Part shown: positions 1 through 9,278 of the stretch, piece by piece
How the letters are laid out: each line of letters starts with the position of its first letter
Position numbering within the stretch: position 1 is the stretch's first letter
Source: an uncultured Porphyromonadaceae bacterium
GTDB lineage: Bacteria > Bacteroidota > Bacteroidia > Bacteroidales > UBA12481
DNA length: 64,000 bases
Reading direction: 5' to 3'
NCBI GenBank assembly: GCA_964355105.1
Contig: CAYHCO010000003.1
Location: forward strand, 5,577 to 69,576
Notes under the pieces: generated by a model
What the model saw: only the letters and a program-made list of their open reading frames with translations
The model's database searches: none
Told to the model about the DNA's origin: nothing
Position numbers and translations under genes: made by a program

Positions 1-842
1 GTATATCCCAGATCATTGTCGATATGGTAGGTTTCGATATAGGTCTTGAAACTTTGCGATCCGACCAACAGTTCAAGGTCAACCGAGGTACAGACCCTGG
101 AAATTACCCCAGCCGATTCAGGAGGGAAATTTACCGCCAGGGTGCGGAAAAACTGGTCCTGTGTGATTTTCTGGTGATGTAGTCCATCACCAACATTAAG
201 GTTGGCTTTGATCGTGAATTCCAGCTCCTTCTTTCGGGTGACATCGGAATATTCAGTATACCGGAATCTGCAACGGATATCATAGTACGCCTTTTTACTG
301 GTATAAAACTCCAGATAATAGGCTGTGCTGTCGCATAGGTTCAAGGTTTTGTAATTGTATACCGGATATTCGATTCGTGGGTTTCCAAATACGGGTTTTA
401 TCCGTGCATACGCAGGCTCCTCATTTTCGGGTGTATTTATCACCAGTCTGAGATAATCGACGATTCCCTGGTCATTGAAGTTTTCCGCCCAGTCATTCCT
501 GAAATAGGTCGACATGACCTCTTTGGTTTCATACGCATAACCTGACATTGACGAAAATACTCCGGTATCACGGGTGGTACCAACAGGTTTTAGCTCCGTC
601 TGCCAGATTAGGATACCCTTTTCCCAGGCCTCAAGGGTCACTTTCGCATTTTGATAATAGATATAGTGAGTATCCTGTGCCATTTGATAAGCATTCAGTT
701 TACCGTTGAAGGTTTTGGACAGCAATACTCTATACACGGAATCCGCCGAATGGAATATGCAATAGACTACCGGAACCGGTTTGTTGTCGGTTGCCAGTTC
801 GACCTCTTCCGAGCAGGAAAGAATTCCGGTTAAAATACCCAT
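1..842 (-). CDS. putative lipoprotein (DUF4249-like), truncated by window edge; paralog of 26814..27809
   Basis: Open minus-strand frame from ATG at 842 to the window edge; it is absent from the ORF track because it runs off the window. My translation MGILTGILSCSEEVELATDNKPVPVVYCIFHSADSVYRVLLSKTFNG... has the lipobox LSC. It aligns with LSCDNELVVQLPGTESLPVVYSVLE..VRVTKTF of 26814..27809. The frame stays open up to the TAA of the upstream gene without a canonical start, so the start is uncertain. Confidence 0.55.
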   Translation of the reverse strand, partial: MGILTGILSCSEEVELATDNKPVPVVYCIFHSADSVYRVLLSKTFNGKLNAYQMAQDTHYIYYQNAKVTLEAWEKGILIWQTELKPVGTTRDTGVFSSMSGYAYETKEVMSTYFRNDWAENFNDQGIVDYLRLVINTPENEEPAYARIKPVFGNPRIEYPVYNYKTLNLCDSTAYYLEFYTSKKAYYDIRCRFRYTEYSDVTRKKELEFTIKANLNVGDGLHHQKITQDQFFRTLAVNFPPESAGVISRVCTSVDLELLVGSQSFKTYIETYHIDNDLGY

Positions 843-881
843 GAGGATAAAATGATGGCATATCCCAAGTGTTTTTTCACA

Positions 882-1865
882 TTAGTCCTTTTTACATCTC
901 ACCGGTAAATACATCACTAACCTTTGATTGTTTTCAGGTCCCGAGTCTGGCTGATAACCTACGCTCCAAGTTTTCCAATCCCAATGAAAATAAAGATCGC
1001 CCGGGATAATCTGTCCTTCCGTTAATTTAAATCCGGATGACCAGAAACCAAAAGACCAGGAATAAAATCCCCATTGGCCGTCCATATAAAACTTCCAGAT
1101 ATTGTTCGAAATATCCAGACGGAGGCCTGATAAACCTTCGGGGCCATAAAACTTAATGGCGGAATACTGGCTCAGACCACTGAATAATTCATTGTATTCA
1201 TCGACTGTCGGGAGATGCCATCCGTCAGGGCAGATACCCTGCTTGGAGTTCAGGTTATAGTTCATCGCCTCCTGCCACCGATAGGTCCCGCCGATGGTAT
1301 CCCCATTGCCCGGTCCGCCCCAGCGGTACATCTCGATAACTCCATTGTCCGATTGCTCGGTCAATTGGTCAATGGTCACTCCATATCGCAGGTTCTCAGC
1401 CATCCACCATGAATCCCGGAGTTTGACGGTCCGGTAAAACTGTCCATCACGTGGATCGAGGAGTCTTTCGACATTTTTATTCATTCCGAAAACGGTGACA
1501 ACAGTTGAGGCTGTATCCATCATCCCAAAGAAATCAGTCACTTCAACAACAATCCGATATAATCCGGGATTAATGAAATAGTGGCCGATTGAGCTCTCGG
1601 AACTATAATCCGTGTCCCATGATGAATCCCCCTCAAAATCCCAACGGTAGGATAAGGCATTTGTCAATCCTTTATAATTTAATGATTTACTGGCATTCAA
1701 TTCGAATAATATGGTTGTATCACCAACCGCAGGAAAGGATGTCAGGCTGGCTGTTGGTGGAGGATTTTCCTTCGCGCACCCGAACAAAACCAAACTGAAT
1801 AATACAACCAAAGACAATGACTTCACTGCTTCGACAATCTTTATTAAAACTTGGGGGACGATCAA
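882..1865 (-). CDS. FISUMP-domain lipoprotein with N-terminal PKD-like domain
   Basis: Lipoprotein signal ..LVLFGCAKE. PKD-like segment (YRWDFEGDSSWDTDY..RIVVEVTD). LLDPRDGQFYRTVKLRDSWWMAENLRYG and CPDGWHLPT match the Fibrobacter succinogenes major paralogous domain signature. A GTG at 1826 (VKSLSLVVLFSLVLFGC) is an alternative start. Confidence 0.75.
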   Translation of the reverse strand: MIVPQVLIKIVEAVKSLSLVVLFSLVLFGCAKENPPPTASLTSFPAVGDTTILFELNASKSLNYKGLTNALSYRWDFEGDSSWDTDYSSESSIGHYFINPGLYRIVVEVTDFFGMMDTASTVVTVFGMNKNVERLLDPRDGQFYRTVKLRDSWWMAENLRYGVTIDQLTEQSDNGVIEMYRWGGPGNGDTIGGTYRWQEAMNYNLNSKQGICPDGWHLPTVDEYNELFSGLSQYSAIKFYGPEGLSGLRLDISNNIWKFYMDGQWGFYSWSFGFWSSGFKLTEGQIIPGDLYFHWDWKTWSVGYQPDSGPENNQRLVMYLPVRCKKD

Positions 1866-1885
1866 AGGTACGAATTAAAGGGCAG

Positions 1886-1916
1886 TCTGGCGCCTTCCTG
1901 GCATAAACGAAAAAAC
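1886..1916 (+). repeat. 31-bp direct repeat, left copy
   Basis: 30/31 identical to 2513..2543. Confidence 0.9.
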
Positions 1917-1985
1917 ACTTACCCGTTTGATGAGGTAAATGCCAGCACCTTTCTTTTTCATAACTTTACCGAAAATATTACCATT

Positions 1986-2195
1986 ATGACAACCATTGTA
2001 ATCAACGAAAAAACAAAGAAAGGACGTATCATCCTTGATTTGATCCGTGAAATGGGTGTTGGCGAAATCATCGAAAGTAAAAAGGCATCATCGCATATTC
2101 CGAACGATACAACCTTGAAAGCTATTGCGGATGCAGAGGAGGGAAAGACCATAAAATGCACCGACTTTGATGATTACCTCAGCAAAGTGAAATAG
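1986..2195 (+). CDS. putative antitoxin of YafQ/RelE-type module
   Basis: A 69-aa ORF from the internal ATG of track ORF 1851..2195. It ends 1 nt before the toxin ATG. Small and acidic C-terminus. The upstream part of the track ORF runs through a direct repeat and is unlikely to be coding. Confidence 0.5.
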   Translation: MTTIVINEKTKKGRIILDLIREMGVGEIIESKKASSHIPNDTTLKAIADAEEGKTIKCTDFDDYLSKVK

Positions 2196-2196
2196 T

Positions 2197-2472
2197 ATGT
2201 ACTCACTGGAATTCACAAAACAAAATCTCCGTGACCTAAAACTTTCGAGGAAGCGAAACCTTGATGAGGAAAAGTTAAACCAGGTCATCAAAATTCTGAT
2301 ATCGGGTGAGAAGCTGCCGGAACAATATAAGGATCATTCATTGACCGGGACTTTCAAGGGATTAAATGAGTGCCATGTTTCTCCGGATTGGTTACTGATT
2401 TACTCAAAAAAAAAAACCATAAAGCTGATCACGCTCATCCGCACGGGAACTCATTCTGACCTGTTCAGGTAA
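2197..2472 (+). CDS. type II toxin, YafQ/RelE family mRNA interferase
   Basis: 91 aa. ..KDHSLTGTFKGLNECHVSPDWLLIYSK...LIRTGTHSDLF matches the YafQ family signature (DH.L.G....REChI.pDwLLIY....L.RTGsHsdLF). Confidence 0.75.
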   Translation: MYSLEFTKQNLRDLKLSRKRNLDEEKLNQVIKILISGEKLPEQYKDHSLTGTFKGLNECHVSPDWLLIYSKKKTIKLITLIRTGTHSDLFR

Positions 2473-2512
2473 TCGTTTCGACTACCCGCTTTTCCTACAA
2501 ACATTCAAACCA

Positions 2513-2543
2513 TCTGGCGCCTTCCAGGCATAAACGAAAAAAC
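2513..2543 (+). repeat. 31-bp direct repeat, right copy
   Basis: 30/31 identical to 1886..1916. It overlaps the T-run of the tRNA-Asn terminator. Confidence 0.9.
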
Positions 2544-2570
2544 CTGACAGGTTTTGAAAACCTGTCAGGT
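2537..2570 (-). terminator. rho-independent terminator of tRNA-Asn (CCTGACAGG-family hairpin)
   Basis: Minus strand reads acctgacagg-ttttcaaa-acctgtcagg followed by tttttt. Confidence 0.7.
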
Positions 2571-2581
2571 TTAATTCTCTG

Positions 2582-2655
2582 CGCTCCATCCTGGACTCGA
2601 ACCAGGGACCCTCTGATTAACAGTCAGATGCTCTAACCGACTGAGCTAATGAAGC
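2582..2655 (-). tRNA. tRNA-Asn (anticodon GTT)
   Basis: Reverse complement gcttcat-ta-gctcagtcggttagagc-a-tctga-ctGTTaa-tcaga-gggtc-cctgg-ttcgagt-ccagg-atggagc-g. The 7-bp acceptor stem, D, anticodon and T arms all pair. No encoded CCA. Confidence 0.9.
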
Positions 2656-2668
2656 GTTTAAGAGGACG

Positions 2669-2676
2669 CAAATTTA
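2669..2676 (-). promoter_or_regulatory. Bacteroidota -7 box (TAAATTTG) for tRNA-Asn
   Basis: Reverse complement of caaattta matches TAnnTTTG, 13 nt upstream of the tRNA 5' end. Confidence 0.45.
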
Positions 2677-2724
2677 AAGCAATTTTTTGAAAAACCAAAA
2701 ACTGTTCTGAAACCCGCGAATCTT

Positions 2725-4575
2725 TTATGTTTCCGCGTTCAGAAAGCTCATCACTCGGCTGATAGAAATCGGTCCGCCGGGCGTTCCTGCAAGGACGCAA
2801 CAGGCTTCACAGGTGGTCAGGTAAGCAGGGTATTCCGCAGGATTGGCGGCCTCGGCAGGGATGAGATTGCGTGCACCGGTAAAATTGCCGACGGTCACGC
2901 GCCGCATAATGCCCCTGACATCAAACTGCTCATGATCGGCACAGGTCGGTTTCTCGCAATAGAGGCACCGGGAGGCTTCCTGCATAATTTCGCGCCTTGC
3001 CGGGGTCTCATCAGCATACCGGTGCTCAGGGAGGAAGGGCCGCTGAACCATCCTCACATATTCCTTCATCCCATATTGATGGCGGAAGAGCTCCAATCCC
3101 CGCTTTTTCAGGACGGCATTGGCTGCGGCGATGCCAGCCACGGTTACGGCCGGCGTGCCGGTACCCATCGTGGCCGATTCCCCGCAATAGAAAAGGTTTT
3201 TCCATTCACTGCGCGTATGCAGCCTTTTAAACATATGCTGACCGATCTGCTGCTTCGGACCAGCAACCGCTCCCCCGTTCTTGAGCAGGTAACGCTCTAT
3301 CGTTAACGGGGTGGCCAGGTCGGTAAGTATTACCGCCTCCCTGATCCCGGGAAACCGGCGTTCCAGAACAGCCATGAGCCGATCCTCTTCCTTCTTCTTC
3401 CCCAAAGCGTATCCCGACTGGTCACTGCGGTCCCAATCGCCAAAACTGGGTCCGATGGCCATAACCACGTGCGTGCCGGGCGGACAGATCGTACGGTCGT
3501 CAATACTGGGAATGTAAATGGTGATTTCGCTCTCGTCGATCTCATCGGGATTGCCCACCAGAAGCTCAACCGGCTGCGTACCTTCCGGTATGACACCGGC
3601 GTTAACGCAGGTATAGATCATCACCGACGGATAAGTTGGAATAGGATCCTTTACCCACGACACCTTGTGGTTACGAGCCTCTCTGGGAAGCAGCTTCCGG
3701 TAAAGATTCCACACCGTACCCGAATAAACAATTTCATCGGCCTCCAGGGTATCGCCGTTGTCGAGCCTGACCCCCGCCGGCTTGCCTGCATCGAAATTAA
3801 TGCCCACTACCTCCCTGTTCATGATCATCTTGCCGCCACATTCCTCTATCACTTTCTCTAACTTACCGGGTACAAAAACCGTTGATCCCGCTGGATAGTA
3901 GCTGCCGCCGTAATGATTGTCCACAAACATGATGGCAGCCAGGATGGCCGGAGTCTCGCTCACCGTAGTGTAACAATAGGTGGAGGTGAGCTTATTGAAG
4001 AACTTGAAGATTTCGGGATCGCTGAAGTACTTTTTCAGCAGGGATTCAGCGCTGCGGTTGAGGTAGGAAAGAAACCGGATATAGGAAAGCGGATGCTTCC
4101 GGATATTATGGAGCGCATGCCGGGGATCGGTCTCGTCGGGGGTTGTGAATGTCGGGCTGTCCACCATCACATCATGGTAAATCCTGGCCATATCAAAGTA
4201 AAACCTCCTGATATTGGATGCGTCCGACGGAAAAATATCGCTCAGCTCATTGATGAACTGATCAAGATCGGCAAAAAACCGGATGGTCCTGCCCCGGTAA
4301 ACCACCGTATACAGCATCTCATGTTTGATCATGTCGATCGGCTCTTCCAGACAGTTAAACACAAATCGATGGGGACTGAATCCCTTTTCGCCAAATCCAT
4401 AGAGCATCGAAGAGCCCTGGTCGAAGATCACCCCATCGCGCTTAAAAGTTCCGCAGGAGCCTCCCGGATTGTAATTATTGTCGATAACGGCAACGCGAAC
4501 ACCCCGCTTCGCCAGCAATGCGGCAGCCGTAAGTCCCGATAGCCCGGCACCAATGATCAAAGTGTCAAATTTCAT
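2725..4575 (-). CDS. FAD-dependent oxidoreductase (phytoene desaturase/CrtI-like) with C-terminal Cys-rich Fer4_20-like extension
   Basis: N-terminal dinucleotide fold DTLIIGAGLSGLTAAALLAKRGVRVAVIDNNYNPGGSCGT. C-terminal ~100 aa EASRCLYCEKPTC....VRGIMRRVTVGNFTGA....TTCEACCV resembles the helical Fe-S domain at the N-terminus of GltD/dihydropyrimidine dehydrogenase. Confidence 0.6.
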   Translation of the reverse strand: MKFDTLIIGAGLSGLTAAALLAKRGVRVAVIDNNYNPGGSCGTFKRDGVIFDQGSSMLYGFGEKGFSPHRFVFNCLEEPIDMIKHEMLYTVVYRGRTIRFFADLDQFINELSDIFPSDASNIRRFYFDMARIYHDVMVDSPTFTTPDETDPRHALHNIRKHPLSYIRFLSYLNRSAESLLKKYFSDPEIFKFFNKLTSTYCYTTVSETPAILAAIMFVDNHYGGSYYPAGSTVFVPGKLEKVIEECGGKMIMNREVVGINFDAGKPAGVRLDNGDTLEADEIVYSGTVWNLYRKLLPREARNHKVSWVKDPIPTYPSVMIYTCVNAGVIPEGTQPVELLVGNPDEIDESEITIYIPSIDDRTICPPGTHVVMAIGPSFGDWDRSDQSGYALGKKKEEDRLMAVLERRFPGIREAVILTDLATPLTIERYLLKNGGAVAGPKQQIGQHMFKRLHTRSEWKNLFYCGESATMGTGTPAVTVAGIAAANAVLKKRGLELFRHQYGMKEYVRMVQRPFLPEHRYADETPARREIMQEASRCLYCEKPTCADHEQFDVRGIMRRVTVGNFTGARNLIPAEAANPAEYPAYLTTCEACCVLAGTPGGPISISRVMSFLNAET

Positions 4576-4745
4576 AAGTCAGACTTCCTTGTTAATGATC
4601 CTGTTCTGTATAAAAGTAATAACAAAAAGAAAAGGTTAAGCCGGAAAAATCAAATTCGTAATTCCAACTATTTGACGAACAGCGGCTAATGGTATGGGAA
4701 TCCCCCTTTGAAATGGTTTAACTTTATGATTCGTTACGCAGAAAT

Positions 4746-6665
4746 ATGTCTTTCCGGATAAATAACACGCTGTATATTAAATATTTATACTTTCTGGCCT
4801 TGAGCCTGAACCTGTGTGTTTTTCCCCTGCCTGCCACTTCTCAGAACTCAGACAGTCTGATGAAAAGCATCAGTTCAATTAAAGATCAGCGACTTCAATT
4901 GTCTGAATATAAGAAACTTGCCAACCTGAACCTCACACATCCGGATCCAAATTCAGTGGTGCTTGCCAGAAAATATACTGATTTAGCCCAAAAATACGGA
5001 AGCGATCTGGATCTGGCAGATGCCTACCATTTTGAAGGCCTGACAAATAAGGCAAATGAGAATCTGATCCGGGCCATTGAGAGCTTTCTTTCTGAACAAA
5101 CCTTGCGGGAAAAACTCGCTGACAGCACCGGACTTGCCGAAAACTTATATTATCTGGGCGATTGTTACCGGGCAGTATTCGATCCTGTTCCGGCTGATGG
5201 CTATCTGGATAAAGCGTATTCTTTATATGAAAAGCTGAAAGATACAGCAGGTTTGGCAAAAACCCTGAACCGAAAGGCAGCTGTAAATATTGATTCTCAG
5301 GATCCCCAAAAGCTGGAAGTGGGATTTCTGCAGGCCCGCACTTCAAATGCCTTTGCAAGAAAAATTGGGAATTATGATCTGCAGGTTAGTAACAACGTTT
5401 TAATTGGCTCTTTCTATGGCCAGACAAATAAGCAGGAAAAGGCGCTTGAAATCCTGAGCGAAGCGAAAGAATTGTTGCCAAAAGCTCAAGAAAAATCTCA
5501 TATGGCTCTTGTTCTCAGCAATATCGCAACAATCTATAATAAAATGGGCAAGTATGACGAAGCCGTTATTTATGGGAAATTGGCTTGCCAGGATGCCTTA
5601 ATGAGCGGACTTCGGGTATACCAGTGGGCCGCCAACTGGTCAGTTTATGAGGCTTATAAAGGCCTTAACGAGGAAGACAGCCTCTACAAGTATTTGTCGA
5701 AATCACTAATGGCCAGAGTTAGCATTATTGATGAAGTAAGAGATAAACAGAAGACGGTCCTGATGCATAAATTTTTAAATGAGAAATTTAATTATGAGTT
5801 GCAAAGCCATAAAAAACAAAGCCGGCTGGTCCTGATTATCTTACTGATATCAATCTGCTCAGCAATTACGTTCATTGCCCTGATCCTGATCCGAAACAAG
5901 CGCCTGCGCCGGATAAATATCTTGCTGGCTGAACAAAACCAGGTGATAGAAAACCAAAAACTGGAGCTTACCCAGCTTACCCGACAGAAAGATAAATTCT
6001 ATTCTATCATCGCCCACGACTTAAGGAGCCCGTTCAACAGTATCCTTGGATTTTCAGAGATCCTCACGGAGGAACTGGGCGAAATCCATAATCCACGGCT
6101 TTATAAGATGGCGGAGAATCTTAACCAGTCCGCCATAAAGGTTTTTCAACTGCTCGAAAATCTTTTGCAATGGTGCCAACTCCAGGAAAATATATTGAAT
6201 ACCGAACCCGCGAATATTTCCCTGTCCACCCTGATTAAGAATATCCTGCCTGCGATGCAGGATATCGCAGCGAGGAAAGAAATCAAGATAAATTCTGATC
6301 TCGGGGATAGCCTCTATGTTTATGCCGACAAGCGAATGCTGTCTTCGGTATTAACCAACCTGTTATGGAATGCTTTAAAATTCACCCCTAAAAAGGGCAG
6401 TATCCAGATCAGCGCCACCCGGATTTCGGATAATATGACAGCCATCCAGGTGAAGGACAGCGGCATAGGAATGTGTGCCAAGATGGTTGGCAATCTTTTT
6501 GAATTTCATGCCAGTAATAACCGGCCCGGTATTGAAGGTGAACCCTCATCGGGACTGGGTTTGATGATCTGCAAAGAATTCACCGAACAGAACGGCGGCA
6601 GGATCAGCGTTGAAAGCGAGGAAGGTAAAGGAAGTATTTTCACAGTTACCGTGCCCTCAAATTAA
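4746..6665 (+). CDS. sensor histidine kinase with N-terminal TPR-like repeats (orphan)
   Basis: Signal/TM, then TPR-like helical repeats, then TM (LVLIILLISICSAITFIALILI). H-box FYSIIAHDLRSPFNSILGFSEIL. HATPase motifs (NLLWNALKFT, DSGIGM, GLGLMICKE). Confidence 0.8.
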   Translation: MSFRINNTLYIKYLYFLALSLNLCVFPLPATSQNSDSLMKSISSIKDQRLQLSEYKKLANLNLTHPDPNSVVLARKYTDLAQKYGSDLDLADAYHFEGLTNKANENLIRAIESFLSEQTLREKLADSTGLAENLYYLGDCYRAVFDPVPADGYLDKAYSLYEKLKDTAGLAKTLNRKAAVNIDSQDPQKLEVGFLQARTSNAFARKIGNYDLQVSNNVLIGSFYGQTNKQEKALEILSEAKELLPKAQEKSHMALVLSNIATIYNKMGKYDEAVIYGKLACQDALMSGLRVYQWAANWSVYEAYKGLNEEDSLYKYLSKSLMARVSIIDEVRDKQKTVLMHKFLNEKFNYELQSHKKQSRLVLIILLISICSAITFIALILIRNKRLRRINILLAEQNQVIENQKLELTQLTRQKDKFYSIIAHDLRSPFNSILGFSEILTEELGEIHNPRLYKMAENLNQSAIKVFQLLENLLQWCQLQENILNTEPANISLSTLIKNILPAMQDIAARKEIKINSDLGDSLYVYADKRMLSSVLTNLLWNALKFTPKKGSIQISATRISDNMTAIQVKDSGIGMCAKMVGNLFEFHASNNRPGIEGEPSSGLGLMICKEFTEQNGGRISVESEEGKGSIFTVTVPSN

Positions 6666-6675
6666 AGGTAACCAC

Positions 6676-6683
6676 TATATTTG
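6676..6683 (+). promoter_or_regulatory. -7 box TATATTTG, 5 nt upstream of the C10 protease ATG
   Basis: Matches TAnnTTTG. This implies a leaderless or very short-leader mRNA. Confidence 0.35.
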
Positions 6684-6688
6684 GCCCG

Positions 6689-9265
6689 ATGTTCAGACGG
6701 CTGTTCATAATATTCTGGTTAATACCATTAGCCCTTAATGCTCAGATTGATCCGGTGGCCAAGGCGACCCAGGTGGCCCGTGAAGTATTGAGTGGTGGTA
6801 ACCATTCGCTGAAAACCACCTTCATCCCCGATTCGGTCATTATTGCCGGCAAGCCCGAGAATCCATACGCTTATATCGTAACATTTAAGCCCGGGGGATT
6901 CGTGCTGGTCTCCAGCCAGGAATGCGGATCACAGGTTTTGGGCTACTCAAGCGACCAGGCTTTTCCATCCGATCCCGATCATCCCCTTCGCTCCTGGCTC
7001 ATCCCTCAATATCAACACCGGGTAACTCATAACACCGGCTTTAAAAGCAGCCAGGGTGCAACTTTCTCAACCGATCACCGCGTTTTGCCGTTGGTTTCCG
7101 CACAATGGGGCCAGGGAGATCCATGGAACAGGTATTGTCCCGTCGACAATTCAGGTAAAAATGCCCTCGTGGGTTGCGTAGCCGTAGCTATGTCGCAGAT
7201 TATGGAAAAGTGGCAATGGCCACCCAAGGGAACCGGACAGGCTACCTACACCCCGCTGCAACATGCTGAGTATGGAGAGATTACCGCAAACTTCGACACC
7301 ACTCGGTACAATTGGTCTCTGACCCACGACATTTATCCAACGGAAACCGCCGCCCTGGTACTTTACCATACCGGCGTATCCACATTTATGAATTACGACC
7401 CTGTGCTTTCGAGTACCAGCGTCGATCGTTATGCCGTACCTGCCCTGATAGAGAATTTCTCCTACAACCCGGGCATGATATTCCGCGAAATGGAAGGCAA
7501 CGACACCGATGAATGGATCAGAATGCTGCATCAGGAGCTCGACAATTCAAGACCGGTCCTGTACGCCGGAACCAGTCCGGATGGCAAGTCGAGCCATGCA
7601 TTCAACATCGACGGGTACCGCAACAACACCTTTTTCCACTTCAACTGGGGCTGGAACGGTGCCGGAAACGGCTGGTTCACTCTCGACGGGATGGCCGGCG
7701 GGGGGTCTGATTTTTCGACCTGGCAGGGTGCGATCTTTGGCATCCAGCCGAACTACATGCCACTTCACGATCGTCCCTCTTCCCTGGATGTGCTGGCCGG
7801 AGACGGTTTTATTCAGCTATTCTGGGAAAAGCCGGTCATTACCGATTTATCCCATTTTAATATTTACCGCGATGGCGTTAGAATCGGCCAGACCGGCGAC
7901 TCAAAATTCCGCGATTATGACGTCGTAAACGGCCAGTCGTATCAATATACGGTAACCGCTCAGTATCAGGGTGAATCTCCGGGGGAATCAGCCTCCGCAC
8001 CTGAAGTGACCGGATCGCCGTGGCAGCGTTTATTGCCGGGATATGTGCAGACGTTCGAGTTCGGCCCCGAAGGTTGGCTTATGCAGGATTCTACATCCGG
8101 ATTTCGCGTGGGATCTGCCTCCGGTTTCCAGATCGGGGGTAACAATGGCAGCGTGGCAGCCATCCGCTCCGAAGGTCACGATTCGGGTGAGCAGGTGGTC
8201 GATTACCTGACGAGTCCGGTTATTTATCCGGGCACCACCACCCACCTGGCTGTATCTTTCGATTACATGTTCAGGCAAAAATCAGGTGTGGATAAGCTGG
8301 CCCTCATGTGGCGTGATTTCACTACCGGCGAATGGCAGCTGCTGGCCAGTCTGGATTCCACAGGCTCCTACGCGGATTGGAAAACATTACATTTTTACCT
8401 GCCGCAAACCCCGGACAGTAACCCGATCCAGATCGCCTTTTACTATAACGACTTCTTTGGCCAGGGCTATGGCGCCGCCATTGACAACCTCACCGTTTAT
8501 GAAGTGCCGGAACTTACCATACCCTCATTTTCCTTTGATCAGACCGATCTTTGCCAGGCCCAGATGGTCACATTTACCGATCACTCCACCGGTCCGGTAA
8601 AAATCTGGGAATGGGATTTCGGCGAAGGGGCAGAACCCCGCTTTGCGTCCACCAAAGGTCCGCACCTGATCACTTATTCCATATCAGGCAAGAAATCTGT
8701 CAGGCTCTCCCTGAACCATCTGGACCATCTCACCCAGGCAGATGCACTGGCCATCCGTGACAAACCGGTAGCCTCATTCGATTATTCAAGAAAATTTCAG
8801 GATATCTATTTTACCGATAAATCGTCTTATTCTGAGCAGATATTCTGGATTTTCGGCGACGGCACCACTTCCACGCAGCGCGATCCCGTTCATACGTATT
8901 ACTCAAAAAACCTCTTTGAGGTGAAACAGATCGCCTCCAACGGAACCTGCGATCCCGATACCCTGACAGTGATGATCGACATGCGGAACGGCACCGGTAT
9001 CGATGAGAAAGAGTTGATTCCCGCGCTGACCCTTTTTCCCAATCCCACCCGCAACAAAGTGACCCTGCTGTGGAACACTGTACCACAGAACCCGATGAAT
9101 ATCAGAATAATATCCATAACCGGACAACTGTTTTACAGCCGTGAGTTTTCTCCCTCCCAGGAGTTAACTTTGGACCTCTCGGAGTTTCCGGTTGGATTAT
9201 ATATCTTGCAGATCGCTTCCGGAATCCTGATACGGAACGAGCAGATAATGAAGATTAACAACTAA
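6689..9265 (+). CDS. T9SS-secreted peptidase C10 (streptopain/SpeB family) with prodomain, FN3-like, MAM/choice-of-anchor-like and PKD domains and a T9SS C-terminal sorting domain
   Basis: Spi-type prodomain (GGFVLVSSQECGSQVLGYSSDQAF). Catalytic Cys context ALVGCVAVAMSQIMEKWQWP. His context HAFNIDGY...FHFNWGWNGAGNGWF. PKD (WEWDFGEG). CTD LTLFPNPTRNKVTLLW...GLYILQI. Confidence 0.8.
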   Translation: MFRRLFIIFWLIPLALNAQIDPVAKATQVAREVLSGGNHSLKTTFIPDSVIIAGKPENPYAYIVTFKPGGFVLVSSQECGSQVLGYSSDQAFPSDPDHPLRSWLIPQYQHRVTHNTGFKSSQGATFSTDHRVLPLVSAQWGQGDPWNRYCPVDNSGKNALVGCVAVAMSQIMEKWQWPPKGTGQATYTPLQHAEYGEITANFDTTRYNWSLTHDIYPTETAALVLYHTGVSTFMNYDPVLSSTSVDRYAVPALIENFSYNPGMIFREMEGNDTDEWIRMLHQELDNSRPVLYAGTSPDGKSSHAFNIDGYRNNTFFHFNWGWNGAGNGWFTLDGMAGGGSDFSTWQGAIFGIQPNYMPLHDRPSSLDVLAGDGFIQLFWEKPVITDLSHFNIYRDGVRIGQTGDSKFRDYDVVNGQSYQYTVTAQYQGESPGESASAPEVTGSPWQRLLPGYVQTFEFGPEGWLMQDSTSGFRVGSASGFQIGGNNGSVAAIRSEGHDSGEQVVDYLTSPVIYPGTTTHLAVSFDYMFRQKSGVDKLALMWRDFTTGEWQLLASLDSTGSYADWKTLHFYLPQTPDSNPIQIAFYYNDFFGQGYGAAIDNLTVYEVPELTIPSFSFDQTDLCQAQMVTFTDHSTGPVKIWEWDFGEGAEPRFASTKGPHLITYSISGKKSVRLSLNHLDHLTQADALAIRDKPVASFDYSRKFQDIYFTDKSSYSEQIFWIFGDGTTSTQRDPVHTYYSKNLFEVKQIASNGTCDPDTLTVMIDMRNGTGIDEKELIPALTLFPNPTRNKVTLLWNTVPQNPMNIRIISITGQLFYSREFSPSQELTLDLSEFPVGLYILQIASGILIRNEQIMKINN

Positions 9266-9278
9266 TTGCCTTTCACAA

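Larger units (their letters stand above)
1886..2543. mobile_element. possible integrated mini-cassette: TA module bounded by 31-bp direct repeats, distal to the tRNA-Asn terminator
   Basis: tctggcgccttcctggcataaacgaaaaaac (1886..1916) versus tctggcgccttccaggcataaacgaaaaaac (2513..2543) is 30/31 identical. The enclosed segment is visibly AT-richer than its flanks. No integrase is present. Confidence 0.35.

Noticed and set aside
651-833. Track ORF 651..833 (+, 60 aa) and other 60-130-aa ORFs nested in larger genes.
   Set aside because: They are embedded antisense or out of frame within longer ORFs that have recognisable family features. They have no motifs and no promoter or terminator context.
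879-884. A single in-frame TAA between the FISUMP ORF and the downstream lipoprotein ORF as programmed stop-codon read-through or a fused pseudogene.
   Set aside because: The downstream ORF has its own lipoprotein signal and lipobox, as does its paralog at 26814, which is a separate gene. A shared frame has a 1-in-3 chance expectation. No read-through context is recognised.
1851-2656. A prophage or integrative-conjugative element at tRNA-Asn (and likewise at tRNA-Leu, 56837..58009).
   Set aside because: No integrase, excisionase, transposase or phage/conjugation genes are present. The repeat-bounded segments are only 0.66 and 1.0 kb and contain just the TA pairs. They are reported instead as mini-cassettes of uncertain mobility.
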